Origin: Octopus vulgaris
Lineage: Eukaryota
Length of the DNA: 64,000 nt
Direction: 5' to 3'
Assembly (NCBI GenBank): GCA_951406725.2
Contig: OX597833.1
Location: 36,456,001 to 36,520,000 of the forward strand
The position numbers and the translations under genes are program-made. Shown piece by piece: positions 11,895-25,199 of the stretch. Within the stretch, counting starts at the first letter, position 1. Every line of letters begins with the position of its first letter. The notes under the pieces were generated by a model that saw only the letters and a program-made list of their open reading frames with translations, did not search any database and was not told the DNA's origin.

Positions 11895-12577
11895 ATGTGT
11901 GTGTGTGTGTATATATATACACAAGAAAAAAGCAACAAGAATGGATTAGTTGTTCAGTACAATTGTTTCATACGAAGAACAGTTTTATTTAGTTGTTCAG
12001 TACAATTGTTTCATACGAAGAACAGTTTTATTTAAAGCTGCAAATATATATATATAAATGTATGTACGTACGTATGCACGTATGTATGTATGTATGTATG
12101 TATGTATGTATGTATGTATGTATGTATGTATGTATGGCAGTCTGGTAAGCTCTACTTTTTCAAATCCCTTTGAGCTGAAATTATGATGTAAAACTCTACA
12201 TGGAATGAAACTCTCACTCCTTCCTCGCCTTTCTCTCCTTCGATATATTCCCTTCTCCCTGCCCAATTCCTCAACACTCACGCTATTTCTTTCATACACA
12301 GATCAGAGACATTCTAGTTACCTCTATTTCCAGGTCTTTATTTTGAGAGTTTCTCCATTTCTTTTAGAGACACGTTGTCATCAGCCGGTATTGATACATC
12401 AATTAGAAAGCATTTTTTTTCTTCATGATCTCTGACAACTGAAATTTGGGTGTAGAGCTAGTCTATTGCATCAACTTCAATATTCTTGGTACTTGTTTTA
12501 TCGACTCCGAATGGATTCAAGGCAAATTCAACCTCGGCGGAATTTGAACTCAGAACAACGATCTACTGTTACGCATT

Positions 12578-12720
12578 TTGTCCATAATGTTGGCATAGCT
12601 TCCAATGTATGTAGGTTCCAACTCTGTCATGTCTGTGAATATATTCCTTCTTAGCCAAGACTGGGCAGCTAGAGATAATATGATTTATTGTTTCTTGTCC
12701 ATCTCCACATATGCTGAACT
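12578..12720 (-). mobile_element. R4/Dong-type LINE fragment (CCHC zinc knuckle) between two degenerate SINE B pieces
   Basis: ICGDGQETINHIISSCPVLAKKEYIHRHDRVGTYIHWKLC. Confidence 0.75.
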
Positions 12721-12844
12721 GGGTTCCTGTTTTATCGACATCGAAAGGATGAATAGCGAAGTCAACTGCGAAAGAATTTGAGAGCCGCAAGAAACGCTGC
12801 TAAACATTTTCATCCACGCACTAACGATTCTCCCCGCTCGCTTC

Positions 12845-13067
12845 CTCCTCCTCCCTTTTCTTCTTCTTCTTCTTCTTCTTCTTCTTCTTCTTCTTCTTCT
12901 TCTTCTTCTTCTTCTTCTTCTTCTTCTTCTTCTCCTACTCCTCCTCCCCCTCATCATCATCATCATCATCATCATCCATCTTCTTCTTCTTTTTCTTCTT
13001 CTTCTTCTTCTTCTTCTTATTATTATTATTAGTAGTAGTAGTAGTAGCAGCAGCAGCAGCAGTAGTG

Positions 13068-13130
<63 letters not shown>
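12845..13130. repeat. Compound trinucleotide microsatellite (TTC)(TCA)(TTA)(TAG)(CAG)
   Basis: Directly visible. Confidence 0.95.
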
Positions 13131-13131
13131 T

Positions 13132-13290
13132 AAGGCAGCGAGCTGGCAGAATTGATAGCACACCGGCGAAATGCATAGCGGTATTTCGTCTGCCGCAATA
13201 TTCTCAGTTCAAATTCCGCAAAGGCTAACTTCGTATTTCATCCTTTCGGGGGTCGATAAATTAAGTACCAGTAAAACACTGGTGGTTATT
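13132..13290 (+). mobile_element. SINE family B, 5' portion
   Basis: aggcagcgagctggcagaa...ttcatcctttcgggggtcgataaattaagtaccagt. Confidence 0.8.
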
Positions 13291-13309
13291 TTATAGTAGT
13301 TTTCCATTA

Positions 13310-13376
<67 letters not shown>

Positions 13377-13385
13377 TACTACTAC

Positions 13386-13469
<84 letters not shown>

Positions 13470-13470
<1 letters not shown>

Positions 13471-15225
13471 TTCATTATCATCCTCTTTCAATTGTGTTTC
13501 TATTTGTTGCCTAGTGTCTTCCTGACACATAGAGCAGAGAACCACACTGTATACATTGATAGGCCGTTAAAATAAACGCACAAAGGAAAAGGGGAAGAAA
13601 GACAGAGAAAAAAAAGGAAGAAATTTAAAATAGAAGTGTAAACAGAAAATAAAAGAGAAAAAAAGGAAAGAAAATTCACAGCGACAATGCTCTTCTCAGA
13701 GTACGTGTGACGTACCAGTTAAGACAATCTTATGCAATTCTTGCATGGATGGTAAACTAGGGATCACTCTTAGAAAATTTTCAATCCCTTTTCTGAACAT
13801 TCCAAGTGCTCCTACAATCACCGGTATTGTAACCGTCTTGAGATGCCACATCTTTTCGATTAGCAAATCTTTATATTTTCTGAGCTTATCAAATTCTTTT
13901 GTCGCGATATTATGATCACAGGGTATGCTCATGTCAATCAATAAATAGACTTTATTGTTTTGGTATTTCACAACAATATCTGGTTTATTTGCTTTGATAG
14001 TCTTGTCTATATATACTGGGAAGTCCGAAAGAATTGTTACATTTCTCCCTCAGTTTCAACCTCAGGGTAGTGCTTGTCAGCAGTTTTGATTTTATATTGC
14101 CGGCACATTAACCAATGTAGATATTGGCCAAGTCTGTCATGTCATGATTTGTACTCTATAAGTGCTGAAAACTTAAACCCAGAGATTAGATGGCCCACTG
14201 CTTCAACGCTGTTTCAACGCTTGATAGTTCCGGGTCAATAAGCTCTGATGTTGAGCAGCCAAAATAGTCTTCACACTCTACCTTTTGCTCTGAGGTCCAT
14301 AGCCCCTGATGAGTGTGCATCTGGTCTACATCAGCTTGTTTGCTACGGGCCACATATTTGTCATGCAGAGATTTTTGTTCCTAACTATCAGCCAATTGTT
14401 CGAACACATTTTGCTTTACTATTGATTTCACCTTTGCAACTACAGTTGCTGCACTTCCATCATGCTGTTCAGCCTGGGTATTATGCATAAACTCACTTGA
14501 ACATTTTTTGTTCTCCTTCATAACATAATGAAGCTTCTTACGTCTTTCGTGGCTTTCAACGACCTTTAGCATCGAGATTTTAGATGTTTCAAAATATTTT
14601 GCCAGTCTAACTGTGGTGGTTTTGAAAGAGATTTCAAATTGGATCGAGCCTCGACCTCCTTGAGCTCTAGGTAGGTAAAGACGATCTGTATCTGCCTCTG
14701 GATGATGCATCTTGTCTCAAGTCAGCAGCTTACGGATTTTCGTGTCAATCTTCCTTATTTCGCTCATATTCCAGTTCAAAACATTGAAACTGTATATAAA
14801 AACCGGAACTGCTAAGGAATTTCTAGCTAACACCTTCTTACGTGCATTTAACTGGGATTTTAGGAATGCTCGAACTCTCCTGTAACATTCCCTCCTGATC
14901 TTCTCTTTCATGCTTGCATACTGAATGCCAGAGCCCTCATTTATTCCGAAGTATTTGTAAGTTTGTTCCTGCAAGAGTTCTTTTAAGACTGTGTCAACAT
15001 CCAACACTACTGTATGTGACCTCTTCAATTTCCATTTCTTGAAAATGACCTTAACACATTTATCAAGACCAAATTCCACCCCGATGTAGTAGTCCTTCAA
15101 GCTCATTAGCGTATTTACCATAGATCTTTAAATAATCCATATAAAACAGATAACTATTTTCTTGTCGCCAATTTTATATCCATAACCTGTTCTGTTAAGT
15201 TCACTTGCAAGGGGTATTAGAACTC
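13470..15225 (-). mobile_element. 5'-truncated R4/Dong-clade LINE (RT plus restriction-like endonuclease), 3' end abutting (TAA)n at 13307-13470
   Basis: LFYMDYLKIY (YMDD-like), GVEFGLDKC, DRLYLPRAQGGRG, KPDIVV...IDMSIP...DKLRKY...IPVIVGALG; frameshifted. Confidence 0.9.
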
Positions 15226-15593
15226 ATCTCTTAGGGGTTGATTAAATAGGAACCAGTTGAAAACTGGGGTCGATGTAATCGACTTATCCCTTCCTCGAAA
15301 TTGCTGGCCTTGTGCCAAAATTTGAAATCGTTGTTGTCGTGGTTGCTGTTGCTGTTGTTTTACTACTATTTAGTATTCTACTATTATTTATACACCCTGG
15401 TACTCCTACATAAAGAGATAAACCATAAATTATTTTTCAGACTCATTTGCTGGTTCACTCTTTTGCCTATCAACTTGTCACTTCACACTGCAAAGTGGTA
15501 TGATTCTAATATATTGAGCATTCTGGCCTCATCTCGAGGCCCTGTTCTTTCCTCTTCCCTCTTCCCCTCGTTTATTTTATATTATGTATTTGT

Positions 15594-15714
15594 ATTTACT
15601 CTCATGAAGCTCCGTGTACTAGATCGTATGGGCTGTAAATATGGCGAATATCATTTTAGGAATATTCTTTGTAAGCACCGACTGACATTGGCAGCCAAAA
15701 CGGCCGTAAGAAAT
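15594..15714 (+). ncRNA. Degenerate type I hammerhead with long stem-II loop
   Basis: auuuacu CUCAUGA AGCU...AGCC AAAAC GGCC GUA agaaau; palindromic GGCC loop; two core substitutions. Confidence 0.4.
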
Positions 15715-15726
15715 GTTATGTAATAT

Positions 15727-15769
<43 letters not shown>

Positions 15770-15815
15770 GATATATATGTGTGTCTGTGTATATATAAAT
15801 GTATATGGATATCTT

Positions 15816-15871
<56 letters not shown>

Positions 15872-16255
15872 AAATTTAGAGGACTGACCACTAAAAAAAT
15901 AGGACAGCCTATATGCTAGATATAGACGTCAAAATCGCCATTTTCCACGAAGAATGTGTTCTCATGAAAAAAATTCAGCAAAAAACCATTACCTATGTAC
16001 TAATTAGTTTCACTTATTTACGTATATGGATACGCAAACATCTGCAAGATCATCTGCATAGTCTGTCGTTTACAAAACATAATTCCCAGAACTAGACACA
16101 GAATGCTCGACTGAAATCTAGCATGTATAAAGTTCAACAAATTATATTAATGTGTATCCTTCAAATGCCTTCATTTGGCGCGCTGAGTTTATTAACTGCA
16201 GAGTAAATTTACGATCTCATACATATGTATGAATGTATGCATGTATGTATGTATG

Positions 16256-16332
<77 letters not shown>

Positions 16333-16339
<7 letters not shown>

Positions 16340-16558
16340 TTAGAGACAAAACCACTATTTTGAAAAAACAAGGAAAGACTGTCAATTGACTATTCATTGA
16401 AATTTTATGTATTTTATGTATTGATTAAGTCTTTCCTTGTTTGTTTTGCAAAATAGTGGTTTTGTCTCTAATAATATTTTATAATATTTTACTATAAAAT
16501 TGGATTTAATCCTAAATCTGATTTTTTCCCTGTAATTTTGGATTTATTCCCTAATATT

Positions 16559-16560
<2 letters not shown>
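16333..16560. mobile_element. Fold-back cassette in (TA)n (arms ~16333-16380 and ~16428-16478)
   Basis: aatattattagagacaaaaccactattttg...aacaaggaaagact / agtctttccttgtt...caaaatagtggttttgtctctaataatatt. Confidence 0.65.
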
Positions 16561-16627
<67 letters not shown>

Positions 16628-16645
16628 TGTATGTATGTATGTATG

Positions 16646-16695
<50 letters not shown>

Positions 16696-16809
16696 TGTAT
16701 ATATATGCATATATATATATACAGATAGACAGGCAGACATGCACAAAGAGACACACATTTATAAGTGCATATATATATACATATATATATATATATACAT
16801 ACACATACA

Positions 16810-16869
<60 letters not shown>

Positions 16870-18086
16870 TGTGTGTGCGCGTGTGTGTGTGTTCGTTCAT
16901 GAAAAGCTACCATTAGCTATATCATCAACATAATGAACATCCCCAGAATAACCATTCGTGTTGTAATATCACTTCCATCATTACCAAGACAGACATGAAT
17001 GATACTACATCGGCCAACGCTAGCAACAACTGGACACACAGCGCCGAGAACTCCATTCGTCTCCCCTGACCTCGCTGACATTATCGATGCTACTAACACC
17101 CAAATCGGCACCATCACTTCTACTACAACCTTTACCCTAACTCTAATGACCACTACTATCATTATGTTTCCAATACAAACCACACTACTACCAACACGCT
17201 ACAGTTATAACTACAACCGTGATATTTTCGCCAGGATAGAATTTTGTATTTCTGCCAAAATCATATCCACTTCAGCATCACCAAGTCCTATCATTAGTTA
17301 CACCACTGCTATGCCACTAGCAACACTATACTATAACCACCACTATACTACACTGCTGCCTATACTACTATAACTATTACTACTATTACCGCTAATACTA
17401 CCACTACACTGCAACAACCACCTCTGCCACTATCACGAGCACTACTACAGCCGTAACACCGCAAGAACGATACTGCTACCACCACTACCACCACCACTAC
17501 CACCACCACCACAACCACAACCATCACACAAACTACAGTTTAAACTATTTTGCATTGCAATTGCCACTATATGGACGAGTTCCCAAGGTGCATGTCTCTA
17601 CGTGGATGTACGAGCTGCTAGAAAGAACACTCAAACCGCTCAAAGTGGAGTCTATTGTCTTATACAGAGCACATTAGATAATATGGATATACGTACCGCT
17701 AAAAGAAAAAGACAAAATGGTGACCATTTTGTTGAGCATATGTTCGTTCAAGAATGACCTGGGGTTAAATAGCAACATCACTATCACCACCACTGTTACC
17801 ACAGCAACTGTCAACACCACCACCGCCAACACCTACACCAACAACAGCAACACCAATACCAACAATGCCGCCACTTACATTGCTTATATTTACACGTGGG
17901 TAGGCAGAAAACCTTATATAGAGTTAGTAGTTTTCTATCTCTCTCCCTCTCTCTCCCTCTCTGTCTCTCCTTTTCTCTCTTTTCCAGACATGCACACAGA
18001 CACATATGCACACATACAAAGACATACACAAACATACATACATACACACAAACATATATATATATGCATATATATATATATATATA

Positions 18087-18125
<39 letters not shown>

Positions 18126-18147
18126 CATATGTATATATATATACATA

Positions 18148-18234
<87 letters not shown>

Positions 18235-18990
18235 TGAGTGTATTTTTACCTTGTTAACAATTAACACGGAAAAAATAAATAAATAGTATCAGTGGAATTT
18301 TCGAAACATGTGTCGAAAGTAAAAATATTTGATTACAACCTGCGTTAACTCCATTTTTTTATTATATATATATATATATATACAGACACACATACATACA
18401 CATGCGCGTGTGTGTTTATAATCACACGCACACATTTTCTGTTTCTGCCAATAGATTGTGGCCATGTTGGGTCACCGTTTTCAGTTTTATTCTACTTAAC
18501 GCCATTAAGTCTCATTTTATTGTATCGGTTTTTTTTAAAGCCATACCACTAAATTACGAGGGAGTAAACAAATTACCAAAGATTATCAAGTAGTAAAAGG
18601 ACTCAAACAAGCAGAATATACAGACAGACACGTACAGAGGCACGCATACACAAACATCTGAGAGAGCAAAATGAATAAATTCACCAACACACATACACCT
18701 ATACATGTATACACTCACACAAATTATAGATACACGTATATAATTTATATATATATATATATATTTCGATGTGCGTAAGCATTACGCGCATCGTAGTTAC
18801 AGAGAGGACCTCTACCTGTTTGGGTTTACCTTCCTAGAAACGACAAACAAAACTCCATTCAATCATACCCCCTTGCCTGTGTGATTTAACTGTCGCTATT
18901 CCAGAGACGGAAGAGTTACATCATAAATGCTATTAACCACGCGCGTATAAGCATATATATGAATATATATTTGTATGTATATGGATATAA

Positions 18991-19037
<47 letters not shown>

Positions 19038-19143
19038 GTATCTATATATATATTTTTATATTCTTATATATATATTTATCTACCAATCAATTCATCACAC
19101 GTGTGTTTATGTATGTTTATATATATGCATGTATACATGTATG

Positions 19144-19193
<50 letters not shown>

Positions 19194-19552
19194 TATACAC
19201 ACATACATATATATATATATATATGTATATATACACACATATACATACATACGTGTGTGTGTGTGTGTGTGTGTGTTTATAGTCTATTAAAAACATAACT
19301 CCGAAAGAAGTACACTCTAAGATGTAGACGAGTATATACTAAAAATTCGGAAGGCCGGTTTATGGGATTACCCCAGGTTTCCCGTCCATAAAGGGTTTAG
19401 CTTTATGGCTTATCGTCTGATCCCAAACACCTCTTAAAAATATGGCTCCATATTTTTAAGAGTTATGGTCTGAACCTGAACTCACATAGCTTCCAGTTGT
19501 TAATCAGACAGTCATAGCTACACACACATACACACACACAACCACGCACATG

Positions 19553-19625
<73 letters not shown>

Positions 19626-20199
19626 ATGTATTTATATGTGTGTGTTTAGCGCTTCAGCAGAAGAGTTCGATAGAATAATCACCAGGCTTTCAAAGAACAA
19701 GTGCATGGGTCGATTTCTTCGACTAAAACGCGGTACTCCAGCATGGCCACAGTCAAATGACTTAAACAAGTGAAAGAATAAAAGAATATATATATATTCA
19801 TGCATACTTACATACACTCACGTGTGTGTGTGTGTGTGTGTGTGTTTCTATTTGTATATATGTAAGTATGTATTTATGCAGAGGCATATGTATGCATGCC
19901 TTCAGGACATGAATACACAGTTAACTCTACTAAAACACACATTCAAAGGTGCCCGGTAAACAGTTATTGAGGGCCCTCAATTCTCTAAGTCCGCCCTGCA
20001 TGCCTGTGTATGTGCTTGAGTACGCACGTATATGCTTGAACCGGGGCTCTAGATATACACAAAACAGAGAGGCTTATAAATTGAACGATTTTGATCATAA
20101 AAGGAAGAATTAGTTAGTGGATTAAAATGAAGACCCGTGTGTGTGTGTGTATGTGTGTGAGTGTGTGTGTGCGCGCGCGCCTGTGTGTGTCTATGTCTG

Positions 20200-20450
20200 T
20201 GTGTCTGTGTCTGTTTGTCTCTGTGTTTCTACCCCGCCACTGCTTGACAGCCAGTGTTGGTGTGTTTACGTCCTCGTAAGGTTAGCAGTTCGGCATATGT
20301 GACAGAAAGACATATGTAACAAGGTTAAAAAGTTTTAAAAATTGCTGGGATCGATTCTTTCGCCTAAAGTCTCTTTAAGGCAGTGACCCAGCATGGCCAC
20401 AATCTGATAACTGAAACAGGCAAAAATAAAGAATAAGAAATAAAGAATAA
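20200..20450 (+). mobile_element. SINE family A, 3' half, diverged
   Basis: gcttgacagccagtgttggtgtgtttacgtcc...cagcatggccac...ctgaaac; a shorter 3' fragment lies at ~19640-19785. Confidence 0.75.
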
Positions 20451-20484
20451 AAATACTAAGGAATTAATAAACGAAGGAAGGAGA

Positions 20485-20840
20485 TCATACATACATCATA
20501 CATACATCATACATACATCATACATACATACATACATACATACATACATCATACATACATCATACATACATACATACATACATCATACATACATCATACA
20601 TACATACATATACATCATACATACATACATTCATACATCATACATACATACATACATACATACATACTTACATACATACATACATACATACATACTTACA
20701 TACATACATACATACATACATACATCATACATACATCATACATACATACATACATACATACATACATACATACATACATACATACATACATACATACATA
20801 CATACATACATACATCATACATACATACATACATACATAT
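20485..20840. repeat. (CATA)n tetranucleotide array with CAT interruptions
   Basis: Directly visible. Confidence 0.95.
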
Positions 20841-20886
20841 AAGCTTAAGCTGCCAAAAATAAATGAATTTTTTTTCTTACATACAT

Positions 20887-20932
<46 letters not shown>

Positions 20933-20985
20933 CATTAATGCATACGTTCTTGTATACATATATGCATATATACCTATGTATATAC

Positions 20986-21039
<54 letters not shown>

Positions 21040-21560
21040 CATGTGTGTGTGCGTATACATATATATTGTATATATGTATATACATACATAGACACATACT
21101 TACATAGTTGCAACATGCAGCATGGGAATGTCGGCTGCCGACTGCTAAGGTGCAAACTGTGTGCATATTACAACAACGCAACGACTGCAACAATCTTATG
21201 CAGTCTCGTAAAGCATGATGTGCATTGGGATAAGTAAATGCAGGAGGAAGTTGCAAGTGCTCTTTGCAATAGTGTCACGACATGGTAGAAAATGTCGGAT
21301 GACATTCTCGGTGATACCTCGTACACTGTGTGCACCAAATGTATTCACACACATATGTATATTCAAAGGGAAGTACATGTGTGTGTGTGTGTGTGTGTTT
21401 GTGTGTTTGTGTGCCTGTGTGTGTATGCGTATGTATATGTACATGAACATATATATACATATTTATCTATATATATATATATATACATATATATATGCAG
21501 AGCAAATATATTTATATATGTATATATATGTATATATGCATATCTATATGTGTGTGTGTG

Positions 21561-21664
<104 letters not shown>

Positions 21665-21819
21665 GTATATCGAGTTAAATAAATACCAAACCGATAGAGC
21701 TAATATAAGTTTCATATGCATTTATCGTAGAATTGGTGGTTTTTTTGTAGCTTTCGCTTTAAGTCTTTAGCAAGCGGTATCTTTACCCTTCTTTTCTTTA
21801 TATATATAATATCTATAAT

Positions 21820-21866
<47 letters not shown>

Positions 21867-21875
21867 AATATATAT

Positions 21876-22123
<248 letters not shown>

Positions 22124-22141
22124 TATATATATATATATATG

Positions 22142-22206
<65 letters not shown>

Positions 22207-22224
22207 CATACATACATACATACA

Positions 22225-22260
<36 letters not shown>

Positions 22261-22339
22261 TATATATGTGCATGTATGTATATATACACATAATACATAT
22301 ATATATATATATAAATCTATGATTGATCACTAAATCCAC

Positions 22340-22476
22340 AAGTTTTTTTTAATTATCTCTCTATTTCCCCGTGTTCCTTTCTGTTAAAGAGCGTTGGCTC
22401 GAAACGTAAAAGACTTTCTTATTTCCCGAGTGTCAAACTAATACACCTGATTGTTGTTTTTCTGTAAATTTCAACA
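22340..22476 (+). mobile_element. Hammerhead cassette family F1 (Penelope pLTR-like)
   Basis: cuuu CUGUUAA A GAGC-guug-GCUC GAAAC GUA aaag (22377-22412); homologous to 41395-41560 and 54880-55085. Confidence 0.7.
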
Positions 22477-22509
22477 ATATATATATAGATAGATAGATAT
22501 ATATATATA

Positions 22510-22670
22510 CTGGACTTTCCTCAGTCTCCTGTTTCTGAAGAAGAGCGTTGCTCGGAACGTTAAACCATCTTTCTTTCCTTCCCTGAGTGTCTGCTAATAC
22601 TTTAGATGTACCACGTCCTCGCTTTGTTGTGTTTCTTTGTGCTTGTTCTTCGTTTCTTGCGATTTACTTT
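22510..22670 (+). mobile_element. Hammerhead cassette family F2
   Basis: guuu CUGAAGA A GAGC-guu-GCUC GGAAC GUU aaac (22531-22565); homologous to 52200-52370 and 55186-55386. Confidence 0.7.
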
Positions 22671-22691
22671 ATATATATATATATATATACA

Positions 22692-22749
<58 letters not shown>

Positions 22750-23084
22750 CACACTTATATATACATATATATATATACACACTTATATATACATATATAT
22801 AAATTTATATACACGCGCACACACACTCACATGTATATATATATTCGACCAATTGGGCACTGAAAGTAACTTGCCGTTTACAATTCAACTAGTTTTACAT
22901 CGAACAACTATAATTTTAGCAGCAAAATCATTAAATCCATGATGTTTGCCGCCTGCTACGGAAATCGTGCTAATAGAATCGGCACTGTCATTCACATTTC
23001 ATTCAATAGGTGAGACTGAGAAAGCTATTATTCCTATCCAGCTTAACGGCTAACAAGAAACTATGTAAAATTCTTCTTAAATAA

Positions 23085-23585
23085 AACATACATATAAACA
23101 TACATGCATACATACGTACATACGTACATACATACATACATGCATATATACATATATATGTATACATACGTACATATATACATATATATACATACGTATA
23201 TATATACATATATATACATATATATACATATATACATATATATACATATATATACATATATACATATATATACATACGTACATATATACATATATATACA
23301 TACGTATATATATACATATATATACATATATATATATACATATATATACATATATACATATATATACATACGTACATATATACATATATATACATACATA
23401 CACGCAAGCATACATATATACATACATACATACATACATGCAAGCATACATACATACATACATACATACACGCAAGCATACATCCATACATACTCACATA
23501 CATACACGCAAGCATACATATATACATACATACATATATACATACTTACATACATACATGCATGCATACAAGCATACATGCATAC
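23085..23585. repeat. Low-complexity (TACA/TATA)n array
   Basis: Directly visible; followed by an old SINE A 5' half (~23585-23737, minus). Confidence 0.9.
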
Positions 23586-24030
23586 GATGGGATTCCTTCA
23601 GTTTCTGTCTTCTAAATTCATCCACCAGACTTTAATCGGCCTTAGGCAACAGGAGAAGACACTTGCCCAAAGTGGCACGCATTGGAAATGAACCTGGAAA
23701 GCAGCAAACTTCTTAGCACACAGTTACGCTTGCGCCTATATGTTCATACTCTTTATACTCGGAATTCACATCTGATCGAGGTCAATTTTGCATTCTATTC
23801 TATCGGAGTCAGTAATATAAAGAATCTATCAAGCACTGCGTTGATGTAATCGCCCGATTCTTTCCTCCAGTTTACAGGCCAGGTACTTCTGCCAGTATTT
23901 TCCACCCCTCTCCCTCTGGAGCTCCATGTATTCCAATATTCTTATCCCATTCCATGTCTCAATATCATTGAGTCAGTTTCTTCTTCGTTGCCTTCTCTTT
24001 CAACCTTGTATTTACCAAACATGTTTGTAT

Positions 24031-24448
24031 AGGCGCAGGAGTGGCTGTGTGGTAAGTAGCTTGCTAACCAACCACATGGTTCCGGGTTCAGTCCCACTGC
24101 GTGGCATCTTGGGGAAGTGTCTTCTACTATAGACCCGGGCCGACCAATGCCTTGTGAGTGGATTTGGTAGATGGAAACTGAAAAAAGCCTGTCGTATATA
24201 TGTATATATATATATGTATGTGTGTGTGTTTGTGTGTCTGTGTTCGTTCCCCTAGCATTGCTTGACAACCGATGCTGGTGTGTTTACGTCCCCGTCACTT
24301 AGCGGTTCGGCAAAAAGAAACCGATAGAATAAGTACTGGGCTTACAAAAAGAATAAGTCCCGGGGTCGAGTTACTCGACTAAAGGCGGTGCTCCAGCATG
24401 GCCGCAGTCAAATGACTGAAACAAATAAAAGAGTAAAGAGTAAGAGAG
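24031..24448 (+). mobile_element. SINE family A, full length
   Basis: Close match to 1920-2326. Confidence 0.9.
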
Positions 24449-24928
24449 CCTAGTCATTCCACTGATGTGACCAAACTGCCGCATATTCCTTCATCTTATT
24501 TCGTCTATAAGATTTACTCTCTTCCCAAGCAACATATAAATTGAACTAAGACTGATGAGTTCAGTAGTCTTTCTATGTAATGCTAAAAAGCTACGAAAAT
24601 TTCTAATTCCAATCTCGATGAAATAATTTTCTATGTTTCTATACAATATATATAACTCAGCCTTCATAATAGTCTTAGTGCTGTTGTTCGTCGCAATGTT
24701 CTTGCTATTTCTGTTTTTTATCTTTACTTTGTTATGAATAGCAGACAAGTAACTATCTTTTGATACAGACATAACACAGGCTACGCTTTCAGGTTTTTTG
24801 GATAAAGTTTACATGAATAACCCAGCAGGTTTACTACTAATTCCATGAAACATTCAAAGGACTGTAAATATAATAAAATCTTTAACAGACGTAATTGATG
24901 TATATATATGTGTAAAAATTCGAGCGAG

Positions 24929-25150
24929 GTCGTTGCCAGTACCGCCTAACTGGTCCCCGTGCCGGTGGCACGTAAAAGCACCCACTACACTCTCGGAGTG
25001 GTTGGCGTTAGGAAGGGCATCCAGCTGTAGAAACTCTGCCAGATCAAGACTGAAGCTTGGTGCAGCCATCTGGTTCGCCAGCCCACAGTCAAACTGTCCA
25101 ACCGATGCTAGCATGGAAAGCGGACCTTAAACGACGACGACGACGACGAC
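24929..25150 (+). mobile_element. MetaSINE-like element, 3' part with (ACG)n tail
   Basis: GTTGGCGTTAGGAAGGGCATCCAGCTGTAGAAAC resembles the Meta domain; tail ...agcatggaaagcggaccttaaacgacgacg. Confidence 0.65.
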
Positions 25151-25199
25151 TTGATAAATTGAGTTGTCCTCATTATGTTGATTTCGCTTGTTATATTTT

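Noticed and set aside
24548-24610. CTGATGAG...ACGAAAATTTC as a hammerhead
   Set aside because: No stem I pairing could be formed
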